A stretch of 64,000 bases of DNA from a virus (lineage: Duplodnaviria; Caudoviricetes): positions 8,176-72,175 of IMG/VR virus record IMGVR_UViG_3300002026_000124; one strand, written 5' to 3'. Numbering within the stretch: position 1 is the first letter of the stretch; each line of letters opens with the position of its first letter. The notes under the pieces were generated by a model. The model saw nothing but the letters and a program-made list of their open reading frames with translations. It was not told the origin of the DNA and made no database searches. Of this stretch, positions 11,253-20,131 are shown in pieces. The position numbers were made by a program, and so were the translations under genes.

Positions 11253-12392
11253 ATGTCAACAAATTGCTCTGTAATTATAATATCTGATGGCTGTTCTCTT
11301 AATACTGCTGAATATGTTGAGAGAATCAGTGACTCAGTTATAATTACTGACCCTGCAGGCGATACGTTAATACTTCAAGATTATAATCCGGCATCCACAC
11401 CAATAATTCCACCGACACCACCATATGTTGCGGAAAATGTTGCAAATAAAAAAACAGATTTACTAAATCCTGATAACACCACCTATCCAACAACACTTGC
11501 AGTTGCTAACGCATTAATAAGTGGAACAACCTACGAGTTACAATCACCCGCAGTAATTTCAGTTGGTGGAATAACCGCAGGCATGGTTCTAACAGGTAAA
11601 ACATTAGCGGAAATAATACAAGATATGTTAGTGCCGGAATTATTTGGAAGTATTACTGCACCATCAACCTCAATTTCATTGTCAACAACAGGTACATTTG
11701 AAGTTGGATGTACTATTTCACAAACAATTAGTGGTACGTTTAATCGTGGTTGTATCAATCCTAAGTATTGTAGTATTAGTGATAAACGTAGTGGATGTGT
11801 GACTGCCTATAGTTTTACTGGCACAGGTATGCCAGTTGGTTGGCAAAGCTGCATAACTAGTCCAGCCACTCAAATTAATCCTAGTTATACAATTATAAAT
11901 GGTAGTCAGTCTTGGGGTGTTTGCAGTACTTATGAAGCAGGATTACCCGCTCTAGGAAGTAAGAATACCGAATATTGTACAGCATTACCATCAGGTAATA
12001 CCTCAGCTGCTAGTTCGAGTGTATCCGGTATATACCCATATTATTATGGTAAAGTAGTTTCGGCAGGTCGCCCTGCAGTTACAAATGAATTAATTACTGG
12101 TGGTACTAAGTCTATTGCAAGTAGTACAGGTACAGTTACCATTGATTTTAATAGTGCGTCAAACGAATTCACGTGGCTTGCAATACCTGCAATTAGTACG
12201 TCAAAAACTTGTTGGTATGTGAATGCCCTAGATAATGGTAGAATCAATAACTTATTGAGTGATAAGTATCCTGATGAATGTATATTAAGTGTTTCTTCAG
12301 GTCAATATTGCTGGTCAGGTATAAATTATAAAATATATATGAGTGGTGCTGTGGGAGCTATTACAGACCCAATCCAATTTAGAAATAACTAA
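11253..12392 (+). CDS. putative virion/tail protein
   Basis: Ser/Thr/Gly-rich, upstream of tail fibre. Confidence 0.5.
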   Translation: MSTNCSVIIISDGCSLNTAEYVERISDSVIITDPAGDTLILQDYNPASTPIIPPTPPYVAENVANKKTDLLNPDNTTYPTTLAVANALISGTTYELQSPAVISVGGITAGMVLTGKTLAEIIQDMLVPELFGSITAPSTSISLSTTGTFEVGCTISQTISGTFNRGCINPKYCSISDKRSGCVTAYSFTGTGMPVGWQSCITSPATQINPSYTIINGSQSWGVCSTYEAGLPALGSKNTEYCTALPSGNTSAASSSVSGIYPYYYGKVVSAGRPAVTNELITGGTKSIASSTGTVTIDFNSASNEFTWLAIPAISTSKTCWYVNALDNGRINNLLSDKYPDECILSVSSGQYCWSGINYKIYMSGAVGAITDPIQFRNN

Positions 12393-12393
12393 T

Positions 12394-14715
12394 ATGGCAA
12401 TAAATTTAAGTGATAATATAAGGGTAAATGGACCTAAACCTACCGAGAGTAAATATTTAAATATACTCTCACCATACATTGACATTAATGAAGTTAATTC
12501 ATCAATTGCTATTGGTGAACGATATATAGGTCTCACAGTTAATGTTAATGGTGTCGAATATTGGTATAAGGTTGGTATTGGTGATGGTGACTTAGTTGTT
12601 AAATCTAGTGGTGGTGGCAGTGGTAGCTTAACTGGTGCAACTAACGGCTTAAGTTTAATTAATAGCGGAACTACTGCAGTCTTAGGAGGTGTGTTGACTC
12701 AAAACACTAATATTACTGGTAATTATACCCTAACTTTAAGTGGTGGTAGTAAAATAAACACAACCTGTGGTTATCAAATCTCTGGCGTGACGATGTTTAG
12801 AACGAGTAGGTCACTATCAAATATTGGAATTGGTTGTTTAAGTTTAAATGCTGTAAGCACAGCAATTGATAATGTTGCTATGGGACGTTTAGCAATGTGT
12901 AAAAATACAATCGGTAATTATAATACTGCATATGGTACTTCTGCGCTATGTTGTAATTCTAGTGGTAATTGGAATGTTGGTGTAGGTACTAATGCTCTCA
13001 CAAGAAATGGAACTGGTTGTAGTAATGTTGCAGTTGGGACAGGCGCACTTAGTAATAATCAAAGTGGTAGTGGTAATATTGCATTTGGAAATAACACATT
13101 AAATGCTAATTCCACTGGTTGTGATAATATTGGGGGTGGGACACTTGCAGTTAGTCAAAATACTAGTGGTTGTAATAACATTGGTTTTGGTGTTAGTGCG
13201 GTTCTATGTAACTGCAGTGGTTGTTATAATATTGGTCTTGGTTGGAATTCTCTAACAAATAATAGAACTGGTAGTAATAATATCGCATTTGGATATCAAG
13301 CATTGGCGGGAATACAGAATATTTCCCATAGCAATAACATTGGTGTGGGTTATCAAACACTTTTTTGCATAAGTGGTGGTACTAGCAATATTGGTATGGG
13401 TTATCGTGCACTATATAATAACACCAAAGGAAATCATAATAATGCTAGTGGTTATCAAGCACTTAGTGCAAATACTACTGGTCGTTTTAACATTGCTAGT
13501 GGTTATCAGGCGTTGGTTAAAAATACTTCAGGAACTGGTAATATTTCAAGTGGTTATCAAGCACTTTATTGTAACACTACTGGTTGTTATAATATTGGTA
13601 ATGGTTATCAAGTGCTTAGTGGGAATAGTAGCGGTCATCACAATGTGGCAAGTGGCTACAAATCAATGGCATGTACTTTTAATGCTGTTGGTAATGTTGC
13701 TATTGGGCATCAATCTCTATATTGTGGAGGTAATAGTTCAGGTAATATTGCTATTGGTTGCTGTACATTATCTAATAATTGGAGTGGTGGTCAAAATATT
13801 GCAATTGGTGATTGCCCACTTTATTGTAACATTAATGGTAATTATAATATTGCAATAGGTTATCAAGCACTTTATTGTAATACATGTAATTCATGTAATA
13901 TTGCAATAGGTTTCCGTGCACTTTATAATAATAAATGTGTTGGTGGTGTTGGAGGATGTGATAATATTGCAATAGGTTTATACTCTTTATATTCAAATAC
14001 CTATGGACGTTATAATATAGGTATTAATCAATGTTCATTATATTCAAATACCTATGGTTGTCATAATAGTGCTAGTGGATATCAAGCACTAAGTGCAAAT
14101 ACAACTGGCTGTTTCAATACAGTTTATGGAAGTCAAGCATTACCGAAGAACACAACTGCAAGAAGTAATACAGCCATTGGTTATCGTGCTGGTTTTAGTA
14201 ACGTTACTGGTAGTGGTAGTACATATATTGGAACATGTGCAGGTTATAATGGAACTGCTTCAAACATGCTATATATTGCAAATAATGCAACAACTACACT
14301 GATTAAAGGTTGTTTCAGTAATAATACAGTATGTAATGCAGGAAATGTTACAACATGGAATACAACCTCTGATATTAGGATAAAGGAAAATATATGTACG
14401 ATTGAAAATAGTATTGGTATAATTTCACAATTGAATCCAGTAGAATTTGATTATAATTGCAATTATGCATGTAATCATTCATGGGATGACAAGCAAAGAA
14501 TATGTAATTATGGATTTATTGCACAAGAATTCGAGCAAGTATTTCCAAAGCACATAACTATTGGTTGTGAGAAGATAGGAGATTGCATCATAGAAGACTT
14601 CAGAACTATAAGTACTGGACATTTACTACCATTATTAGTAAAGGCAGTTCAGGAGCAACAATTAGAGATTAAAGATTTAAAGGAAAAATTAAATCGGATT
14701 TTAGATAAAATATAA
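12394..14715 (+). CDS. tail fibre/adhesin with YadA-like repeats and C-terminal S74 chaperone
   Basis: Many NIAIGYQAL-type repeats; SDIRIKENI and GFIAQE motifs then coiled coil; start reassigned to ATG 12394. Confidence 0.8.
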   Translation: MAINLSDNIRVNGPKPTESKYLNILSPYIDINEVNSSIAIGERYIGLTVNVNGVEYWYKVGIGDGDLVVKSSGGGSGSLTGATNGLSLINSGTTAVLGGVLTQNTNITGNYTLTLSGGSKINTTCGYQISGVTMFRTSRSLSNIGIGCLSLNAVSTAIDNVAMGRLAMCKNTIGNYNTAYGTSALCCNSSGNWNVGVGTNALTRNGTGCSNVAVGTGALSNNQSGSGNIAFGNNTLNANSTGCDNIGGGTLAVSQNTSGCNNIGFGVSAVLCNCSGCYNIGLGWNSLTNNRTGSNNIAFGYQALAGIQNISHSNNIGVGYQTLFCISGGTSNIGMGYRALYNNTKGNHNNASGYQALSANTTGRFNIASGYQALVKNTSGTGNISSGYQALYCNTTGCYNIGNGYQVLSGNSSGHHNVASGYKSMACTFNAVGNVAIGHQSLYCGGNSSGNIAIGCCTLSNNWSGGQNIAIGDCPLYCNINGNYNIAIGYQALYCNTCNSCNIAIGFRALYNNKCVGGVGGCDNIAIGLYSLYSNTYGRYNIGINQCSLYSNTYGCHNSASGYQALSANTTGCFNTVYGSQALPKNTTARSNTAIGYRAGFSNVTGSGSTYIGTCAGYNGTASNMLYIANNATTTLIKGCFSNNTVCNAGNVTTWNTTSDIRIKENICTIENSIGIISQLNPVEFDYNCNYACNHSWDDKQRICNYGFIAQEFEQVFPKHITIGCEKIGDCIIEDFRTISTGHLLPLLVKAVQEQQLEIKDLKEKLNRILDKI

Positions 14716-14924
14716 TGAGTCAATTGTCAGAAATTTATGCGGGTTGGAAGAATATTATATTTCCTAATCCGGAAGTAGAGGCACAAGCTAAAAAAAGAAT
14801 AATTATTTGTGTGAGTAACGAATGTAAAAATTTTCGTAAAAATAAAAGTTGTAAGCTATGTGGTTGTTACATGCCTGCCAAAGTAAGAAGTCCGAAATCT
14901 AAATGTGATATTGGTAAATGGTAA
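14715..14924 (+). CDS. small Cys-rich protein
   Basis: CxxxxC...CKLCGC...KCDIGKW. Confidence 0.6.
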   Translation: MSQLSEIYAGWKNIIFPNPEVEAQAKKRIIICVSNECKNFRKNKSCKLCGCYMPAKVRSPKSKCDIGKW

Positions 14925-15347
14925 TTATTTCCTATTGCTTGTAACTACGTAAGTATTTTCAAGCGCAATGCCCTCAAATGTATCGGTATCAATACACATT
15001 TTATGATATGAGTCCAAAATTTCCGTTTTTCCATTGAAAATTAATTCAATCCTACCACTTAAACAAAGCATACAATGTATATAATCTCTTTGTTTTAATT
15101 CAATTACCGAACCTTTAGGTAAATAATAGAAAATTACAATATCTTCCGGTTTACTATTATCGATAATTTTTTTATATTTAATATCATTTACACACTCATC
15201 CCAATCGGTAAAAAAACGGATAATTATACCGTCTTCGATAGTGTGAACGCTAGGAAGTTTTTTTATTAAGCTGCCCTTCTTTTTTAGAATTGAGGCGTTA
15301 ATTTTATCAAACAATTGTCTTTTCTCGTCAGTCATTCTAATTAACAA
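14925..15347 (-). CDS. cupin-like hypothetical protein
   Basis: HCMLCLSGRIELIFNG beta pattern. Confidence 0.45.
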   Translation of the reverse strand: MLIRMTDEKRQLFDKINASILKKKGSLIKKLPSVHTIEDGIIIRFFTDWDECVNDIKYKKIIDNSKPEDIVIFYYLPKGSVIELKQRDYIHCMLCLSGRIELIFNGKTEILDSYHKMCIDTDTFEGIALENTYVVTSNRK

Positions 15348-15931
15348 TAAGGAATACTACTTATGTCGTCTCTATTAATTTCGTTCGTACCTAATGATTT
15401 TTTCGCAATTAATGATTCGGTGTAATGTCTAATAAAAATTGATTTTATTTTTTCCGGTGCTTTTTTAAATGATATGAAATCAATTTCAACGCCATCAGAT
15501 GTCCACAATGTAACATCAATACCAGTCCATTCAATATAACTATAATCGGCTTCACCATTTGGAGCAGTATCATAACTACCACTATCATATGTAGCATTTA
15601 CTCTAATCGGAACATTATCACCCTCAAATTTTAATGAAAATTCTATCGGTTCTTTATTAGCATCGAATTGATAGACAATCTCAAAATTATTTAGAATTGA
15701 TAAATGAGAAGCCTGATTTCCATATTCCCAATCACCACCAAGTCTGGCATCAGAAATTTCTGTTTTAATATTATTCTTATCGATTAATGAATCACAAATA
15801 AATTGTTTCTGAAAATCTTCATTTTTTAATAAATTTACTTTCTCTTCTTCCTTATTATATGCTTCATTTCCAAGAAAATCAAAATTTTGAATTTCTTCGT
15901 TTATTAGTTTTATTAATTCGATATTTTTCAT
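15341..15931 (-). CDS. hypothetical protein with INEEI leader
   Basis: KLINEEIQNF; late motif 15948-15955. Confidence 0.65.
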   Translation of the reverse strand: MKNIELIKLINEEIQNFDFLGNEAYNKEEEKVNLLKNEDFQKQFICDSLIDKNNIKTEISDARLGGDWEYGNQASHLSILNNFEIVYQFDANKEPIEFSLKFEGDNVPIRVNATYDSGSYDTAPNGEADYSYIEWTGIDVTLWTSDGVEIDFISFKKAPEKIKSIFIRHYTESLIAKKSLGTNEINRDDISSIPYC

Positions 15932-16195
15932 TAAAGTTTAATTTAAAATAAATACTATGAGATTCATATAAATCTAAATAATTTTAACATTTAAAGTATT
16001 TATAAGTATGAAAGTCATTGCTTAATTAGGAATTAAGTTACGTCTGTAAAGTCAGAAATGGTTTTTGAAATTTTATCGCCAGTTAGTGGTTAAGTAAAAT
16101 TTAGACATAACAAAATGATTATTATGAATGCACTCCTTAAAAAAGAGTGCATTTTTTTATTAAATATAAATATTTTTATTTTTTTTCGAAAAAAG

Positions 16196-16226
16196 TTTGT
16201 ATTTATGATTTTAAGTCGTACATTTG
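16196..16226 (+). promoter_or_regulatory. Bacteroidota-type sigma70 promoter of tRNA operon 1
   Basis: TTTG (16196-99), 19-nt spacer, TACATTTG (16219-26). Confidence 0.75.
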
Positions 16227-16255
16227 TACTCTGTAATAGTTAAACATAGTTTGAA

Positions 16256-16330
16256 ATGAAAAATTTAGTAAACATACAACCCCAGCCGCAACAACATCCA
16301 AAAGATGGTGAATGGGAAAAGTTTGCTTAA
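16256..16330 (+). CDS. attenuator leader peptide 1 (Pro/Gln/His)
   Basis: MKNLVNIQPQPQQHPKDGEWEKFA*; QPQPQQHP core matches the downstream Pro/His/Gln tRNAs. Confidence 0.85.
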   Translation: MKNLVNIQPQPQQHPKDGEWEKFA

Positions 16331-16357
16331 ATTTTCAAGAGAAGTTTTAGGTTAATT

Positions 16358-16389
16358 AAACCCCATTCGTGACGAGTGGGGTTTTTTTT
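16358..16389 (+). terminator. attenuator terminator 1
   Basis: AAACCCCATTCG-TGA-CGAGTGGGGTTT plus T-run; 5' arm complementary to GAATGGG 16310-16316. Confidence 0.85.
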
Positions 16390-16397
16390 GTTTTTAT

Positions 16398-16473
16398 CGG
16401 GATATAGTACAGTTGGTAGTATGCGTGCTTTGGGAGCATGAGGTCGTCAGTTCGAGTCTGGCTATCCCGACCA
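16398..16473 (+). tRNA. tRNA-Pro(TGG)
   Basis: Cloverleaf, loop TT-TGG-GA, encoded CCA. Confidence 0.92.
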
Positions 16474-16474
16474 A

Positions 16475-16568
16475 CAGGAAGTGAGCGAGAGGTTGAAGCT
16501 ACTGGTCTTGGAAACCAGTCACGGCACAAAGGCGTTGTCGTGCGTGGGTTCGAACCCCACCTTCCTGA
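16475..16568 (+). tRNA. tRNA(TGG) with long variable arm
   Basis: CAGGAAG/CTTCCTG acceptor, CTGGT-CTTGGAA-ACCAG, about 25-nt variable arm. Confidence 0.8.
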
Positions 16569-16638
16569 CATGTGGACTGGTTAGAATTTACATACAAGGT
16601 CGTCCGTAATTGGAAATGATGCGTAGGAAATTCAACAT

Positions 16639-16713
16639 GGTGGGTATAGCTTAGTTGGTTAAAGCGTCTGATTGTGGTTCAGAAGACCGTGGGTTCGAAC
16701 CCCACTATCCACC
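16639..16713 (+). tRNA. tRNA-His(GTG)
   Basis: G-1, loop TT-GTG-GT, C73. Confidence 0.92.
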
Positions 16714-16721
16714 CTTTTTTT

Positions 16722-16797
16722 CGAGTAGTTGGGGAGTTGGTCACCCCGCCACATTTGGGATGTGGAGAACTCGCAGGTTCGAATCCTGCCTACTCGA
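16722..16797 (+). tRNA. tRNA-Pro(TGG)
   Basis: CCACA-TTTGGGA-TGTGG, C1:G72, A73. Confidence 0.9.
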
Positions 16798-16799
16798 CT

Positions 16800-16874
16800 G
16801 TGTTAGGCGTAGATGTTGGCATCTTCACTTGGCTGTGAACCAAGGCTTCGGGGGTTCGATTCCCCTCTAACACC
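16800..16874 (+). tRNA. tRNA-His(GTG)
   Basis: CTTGG-CTGTGAA-CCAAG, C73; no encoded G-1. Confidence 0.8.
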
Positions 16875-16966
16875 TAAAAGCGTGATAAAAGAGTTTATCA
16901 CGTTTATATGTGATTGAATATAAAATTTACTAATCAGCTTATATTATATTCAATCACATATAATAC

Positions 16967-17039
16967 TGTCTCGTGGTGTAATTGGCAACATGTTTGGCTC
17001 TGAACCAAAAGAGTAGGGGTTCGAAACCCTTCGAGACAA
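16967..17039 (+). tRNA. tRNA-Gln(CTG)
   Basis: TTTGG-CTCTGAA-CCAAA, U1:A72. Confidence 0.88.
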
Positions 17040-17044
17040 CATAT

Positions 17045-17125
17045 TATCCTTTGGCAGAATGGTCATTGCATCGCCCTTTGAAGGCGACACCGAGAGGTTT
17101 GCAGGTTCGAGTCCTGCAGGGATAA
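17045..17125 (+). tRNA. tRNA-Gln(TTG) with long variable arm
   Basis: TCGCC-CTTTGAA-GGCGA; variable hairpin ACC-GAGA-GGT; U1:A72. Confidence 0.82.
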
Positions 17126-17242
17126 CAAAAAGTTTTTGGAAATCTTGTATTTATTATTATCTTTGCATAAATATTGCTGGTATAATAACACGTTGTTATA
17201 GAATAGTACACGATGCATACTATCGCCAACATTTTTTAATAT

Positions 17243-17315
17243 TGTCCTGTGGTGTAATTGGCAACACGTCTGGTTTTGGTCCAGAAGAGTTCAGGTTCGA
17301 GACCTGACGGGACAA
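17243..17315 (+). tRNA. tRNA-Gln(TTG)
   Basis: TCTGG-TTTTGGT-CCAGA, U1:A72. Confidence 0.9.
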
Positions 17316-17467
17316 CAAATTTATTATTATGGGAAAATTAAGAGTTGGAAACAAGGAAAATTCTTTACTTAATGGTGAATGGGCAGGTCATGTTAGAAAA
17401 GATGGTAAGGAATGGACTGCAAGAAAACGCAGAAACCTTGACAAAGAAATAATTAAAAAGGAAAGCA

Positions 17468-17890
17468 ATGAGTTATAATTTATTCTTAGATGACTACAGA
17501 TTTCCAAAGGAAACTGTTGATTACATGTTTATTCCAATCTACACTAGTGAAGAATGGATAATCGTCAGGAATTACTATGCCTTTATTACAATAATTCAAA
17601 AGAAAGGTCTTCCGGATATCATTTCTTTCGACCACGACCTTGCAGATGTTCATTATAAGAATCAGGTTTTCGATTATAATGATGAAACCCTGGAAAAAAC
17701 CGGATATCATTGTGCAAAATGGCTCATTGACTATTGTCTCGATAATAATTTAGAAGTTCCCACAAGAATATTAATACATTCAATGAATCCTTACGGGACA
17801 CAGAATATCAAATCAGTTTTCGAAACCTACTTCAAGGTTTATGGTAAAGAATATAGTCCAATTAGCATTACCCCAAGCATGCGTAGATAA
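17468..17890 (+). CDS. cyclic-phosphate-processing receiver-like domain protein
   Basis: LFLDDYRFP...ISFDHDL...IHSMNP pattern. Confidence 0.65.
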   Translation: MSYNLFLDDYRFPKETVDYMFIPIYTSEEWIIVRNYYAFITIIQKKGLPDIISFDHDLADVHYKNQVFDYNDETLEKTGYHCAKWLIDYCLDNNLEVPTRILIHSMNPYGTQNIKSVFETYFKVYGKEYSPISITPSMRR

Positions 17891-17980
17891 TTGTTTTTAA
17901 TGTCTTTGCAGCTTAAGTCCCAATCTTTTAAATAAAAGGATAGTATTTATATAAAATAAGTACATAATAAAATATCAATT

Positions 17981-19150
17981 ATGAAAAAAGATAGTAAAGT
18001 AAGACTTTTCGAAGTCATGGGCAGATTAGACAAAACGTTTAAACCAGTTCTTAACGAATGGAATTTCGATAAGAAAAAAGATGACGATTCCGATGATAAA
18101 GAGGAAAAAGAAGAAAAGGACGAAAAACCAAAAGGTAAAACACAGTTTAATTTTGATAAAAAAGAAGATAAAGAAACTGAGAAACATGAAGATTCTGAAA
18201 CTCCTGAAGAATTGAAAGAAGAAGATGCGCCAAAAGCTAAGATACCTGTTAATGCAATTGCAAAAGTAGGTGGAAAAATTAATGAGTCTTTGCCTGTAGA
18301 TGAAAAATATAATAAATGGGGTCAATCTCAAGATGCTTGGGCAGATATTGAAAATGGTAAACCCTCAATTGGAAAAGAATTACAGAAAAAAGTAAATCTT
18401 GATAAAAAGGGCGAACTTGGTAGCGGAAGTGGTGATTCTCACGTACCCGAATATTATTACTCATATGATTCAGATGACCCAATTTCAAACGTTAATGGCT
18501 ATACCCAACGTCAAATTGATGCTAAAAATCAACAGTGGAGAGATAATATGTCACGCAATATGAGAGGGTCAATGGGTGATGAAGATGGTATGTATGAAAA
18601 TAAAAAGATTAAATTGGAAAAGAGTAAAGTAAGACTTTTCGAAGTTATGCAAAGAGTAACACCAAATTTTACTGGTAAAGCATTAAATGAAAGAGACGAA
18701 GAATTTTGGGCACAAGAAAAAAATGCAGGTGATGGTAATGCATATTCAAACACTAATCGTTATGAAACCGAAAATGGTCAAATGATTCCAGTTAATAAAT
18801 ATGATGAATTTGAACACGGTAAAATTTTGGGAACATATGATAGTAATGGTAATAAAATTGGAGACCCGAATTTACCTAAATCAATAATAGAACCTAAAAA
18901 AGAACCAACACCAGATGAAATAACACAAACTAATGACGATAGTGTGAAAATTACTAGCGCCCTAATTCAAAATGGTTTCTTTAATTCAAGTGGTAGTAGT
19001 GATAAATTCGTTAAACCGTATGACCAAGGACCGAATTGGCATGGCTGGAGTGAAATGGATAAATTTTTAAAGGATGGTGCTCAAAAGGGTTTGTGGTCAG
19101 AAGAGAGTGCTAGAAAATATAGCGAAAACGTGTGGCGTTCATACGATTAA
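17981..19150 (+). CDS. acidic protein with two LFEVM motifs
   Basis: RLFEVMGRLDKTF and RLFEVMQRVTPNF; late motif 17943-17950. Confidence 0.7.
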   Translation: MKKDSKVRLFEVMGRLDKTFKPVLNEWNFDKKKDDDSDDKEEKEEKDEKPKGKTQFNFDKKEDKETEKHEDSETPEELKEEDAPKAKIPVNAIAKVGGKINESLPVDEKYNKWGQSQDAWADIENGKPSIGKELQKKVNLDKKGELGSGSGDSHVPEYYYSYDSDDPISNVNGYTQRQIDAKNQQWRDNMSRNMRGSMGDEDGMYENKKIKLEKSKVRLFEVMQRVTPNFTGKALNERDEEFWAQEKNAGDGNAYSNTNRYETENGQMIPVNKYDEFEHGKILGTYDSNGNKIGDPNLPKSIIEPKKEPTPDEITQTNDDSVKITSALIQNGFFNSSGSSDKFVKPYDQGPNWHGWSEMDKFLKDGAQKGLWSEESARKYSENVWRSYD

Positions 19151-19190
19151 AATAAAAAAATAAAAATATTTTAATTTTTTTTCGAAAAAG

Positions 19191-19221
19191 TTTGTATTTA
19201 TCAAAAATGTCTCTATCTTTG
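19191..19221 (+). promoter_or_regulatory. Bacteroidota-type promoter of tRNA operon 2
   Basis: TTTG (19191-94), 19-nt spacer, TATCTTTG (19214-21). Confidence 0.75.
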
Positions 19222-19253
19222 CAGAGAATTTAATTAGTGAAAACAATAAAGTT

Positions 19254-19367
19254 ATGAAAAATTTACTCAACATATTATCAGTAGTCCTAGTGGATGCGCT
19301 CTTATGGGCAGCGGATGAGGATATGGTATATCGTGTCGGGTCGAAAGATACTGGAGTAGGTTATTAA
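19254..19367 (+). CDS. attenuator leader peptide 2 (Val/Leu/Asp/Ala/Trp/Glu/Met)
   Basis: MKNLLNILSVVLVDALLWAADEDMVYRVGSKDTGVGY*. Confidence 0.85.
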   Translation: MKNLLNILSVVLVDALLWAADEDMVYRVGSKDTGVGY

Positions 19368-19387
19368 TAACTGAAACAATAAAAACG

Positions 19388-19417
19388 AAACCCGACCCGA
19401 AAGAGTCGGGTTTTTTT
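19388..19417 (+). terminator. attenuator terminator 2
   Basis: AAACCCGAC-CCGAAAGA-GTCGGGTTT plus T-run; competing strand GTCGGGTCG at 19335-19343. Confidence 0.85.
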
Positions 19418-19443
19418 ATTGTTCTTTGACATGTTGGAAATTT

Positions 19444-19514
19444 GGTCTATTAGGGTATGGGTATCCTTGGTGGTTGTCGCCCACCAGAATCGAGTTCGAG
19501 TCTCGAATAGACCG
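19444..19514 (+). tRNA. tRNA-Asp(GTC)
   Basis: GGTGG-TTGTCGC-CCACC, G73. Confidence 0.85.
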
Positions 19515-19664
19515 CTAAACATTTGATTGTCGGGTTATTACTCAGAGGGTTTTAACTTACGAAGATAGACGTGTTAGTATAATAAGTACACTTGCCTTAA
19601 ATAAGTAGGAAGTTGTAACATGAAAAGGTTATCACACGTAACAAGAACGTCAAATGTTTTTAAC

Positions 19665-19734
19665 GGGGTCGTAGTTTAATGGTTAGAATACCGCACTGTC
19701 TATGCGGGGAAGGGGTTCGAATCCCACGGCTTCG
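19665..19734 (+). tRNA. tRNA-Asp(GTC), weak T-stem
   Basis: CCGCA-CTGTCTA-TGCGG; T-stem has only about 3 bp. Confidence 0.6.
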
Positions 19735-19867
19735 GCAAAATTTAAATTTATGAAAAAGAATAAGTCGTCCGAAAATACCGGACAGTTAAAATCAAAAGTT
19801 TGCTTTAAAGTAATTTCTAAAGAGGAATTAAAGAAAAACAGAAGTAATGCATATGATTACTTAATTT

Positions 19868-19992
19868 AATCTACCGATAATCTACCGTTATAACAGTAAA
19901 AAGTGCAATATGTTGCACAATCTACCGATAATCTACCGATAATCTACCGATAATTACCGTTATAACAGTAAAAAGTGCAATATGGTGCACAA
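19868..19992. repeat. AATCTACCGAT tandem repeats and duplicated palindromic unit
   Basis: Several AATCTACCGAT copies; two copies of TACCGTTATAACAGTAAAAAGTGCAATATG(T/G)TGCACA. Confidence 0.85.
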
Positions 19993-19996
19993 AAAC

Positions 19997-20080
19997 GCAG
20001 CATTATACAAGCGGTCAAAGTAGCAAGTCCTTCAAACTTGCATCTTCGGATTTCGAGGGGTTCGAATCCCCCATGCTGTA
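19997..20080 (+). tRNA. tRNA(TTC, Glu) with long variable arm and C33
   Basis: CAAGT-CCTTCAA-ACTTG; variable hairpin ATC-TTCG-GAT. Confidence 0.75.
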
Positions 20081-20131
20081 CCTTGACTTTTCTGTACCAT
20101 AGGACTATTTATAATAAAATATTATACTCCT

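Noticed and set aside
12394-14715. Diversity-generating retroelement target
   Set aside because: No reverse transcriptase and no template/variable repeat pair differing at adenines was seen in this window.
16356-17307. ORFs overlapping tRNA clusters (also 23771, 35662, 44146, 55258, 55982, 56285, 56290, 60460)
   Set aside because: They overlap well-formed tRNA genes and are spurious translations.
19868-19992. CRISPR array
   Set aside because: Repeats are adjacent or overlapping without unique spacers, and no cas genes are present.
19997-20080. Selenocysteine or opal tRNA reading (TCA)
   Set aside because: The 5-bp stem register places TTC at positions 34-36, and the acceptor is the normal 7 bp.
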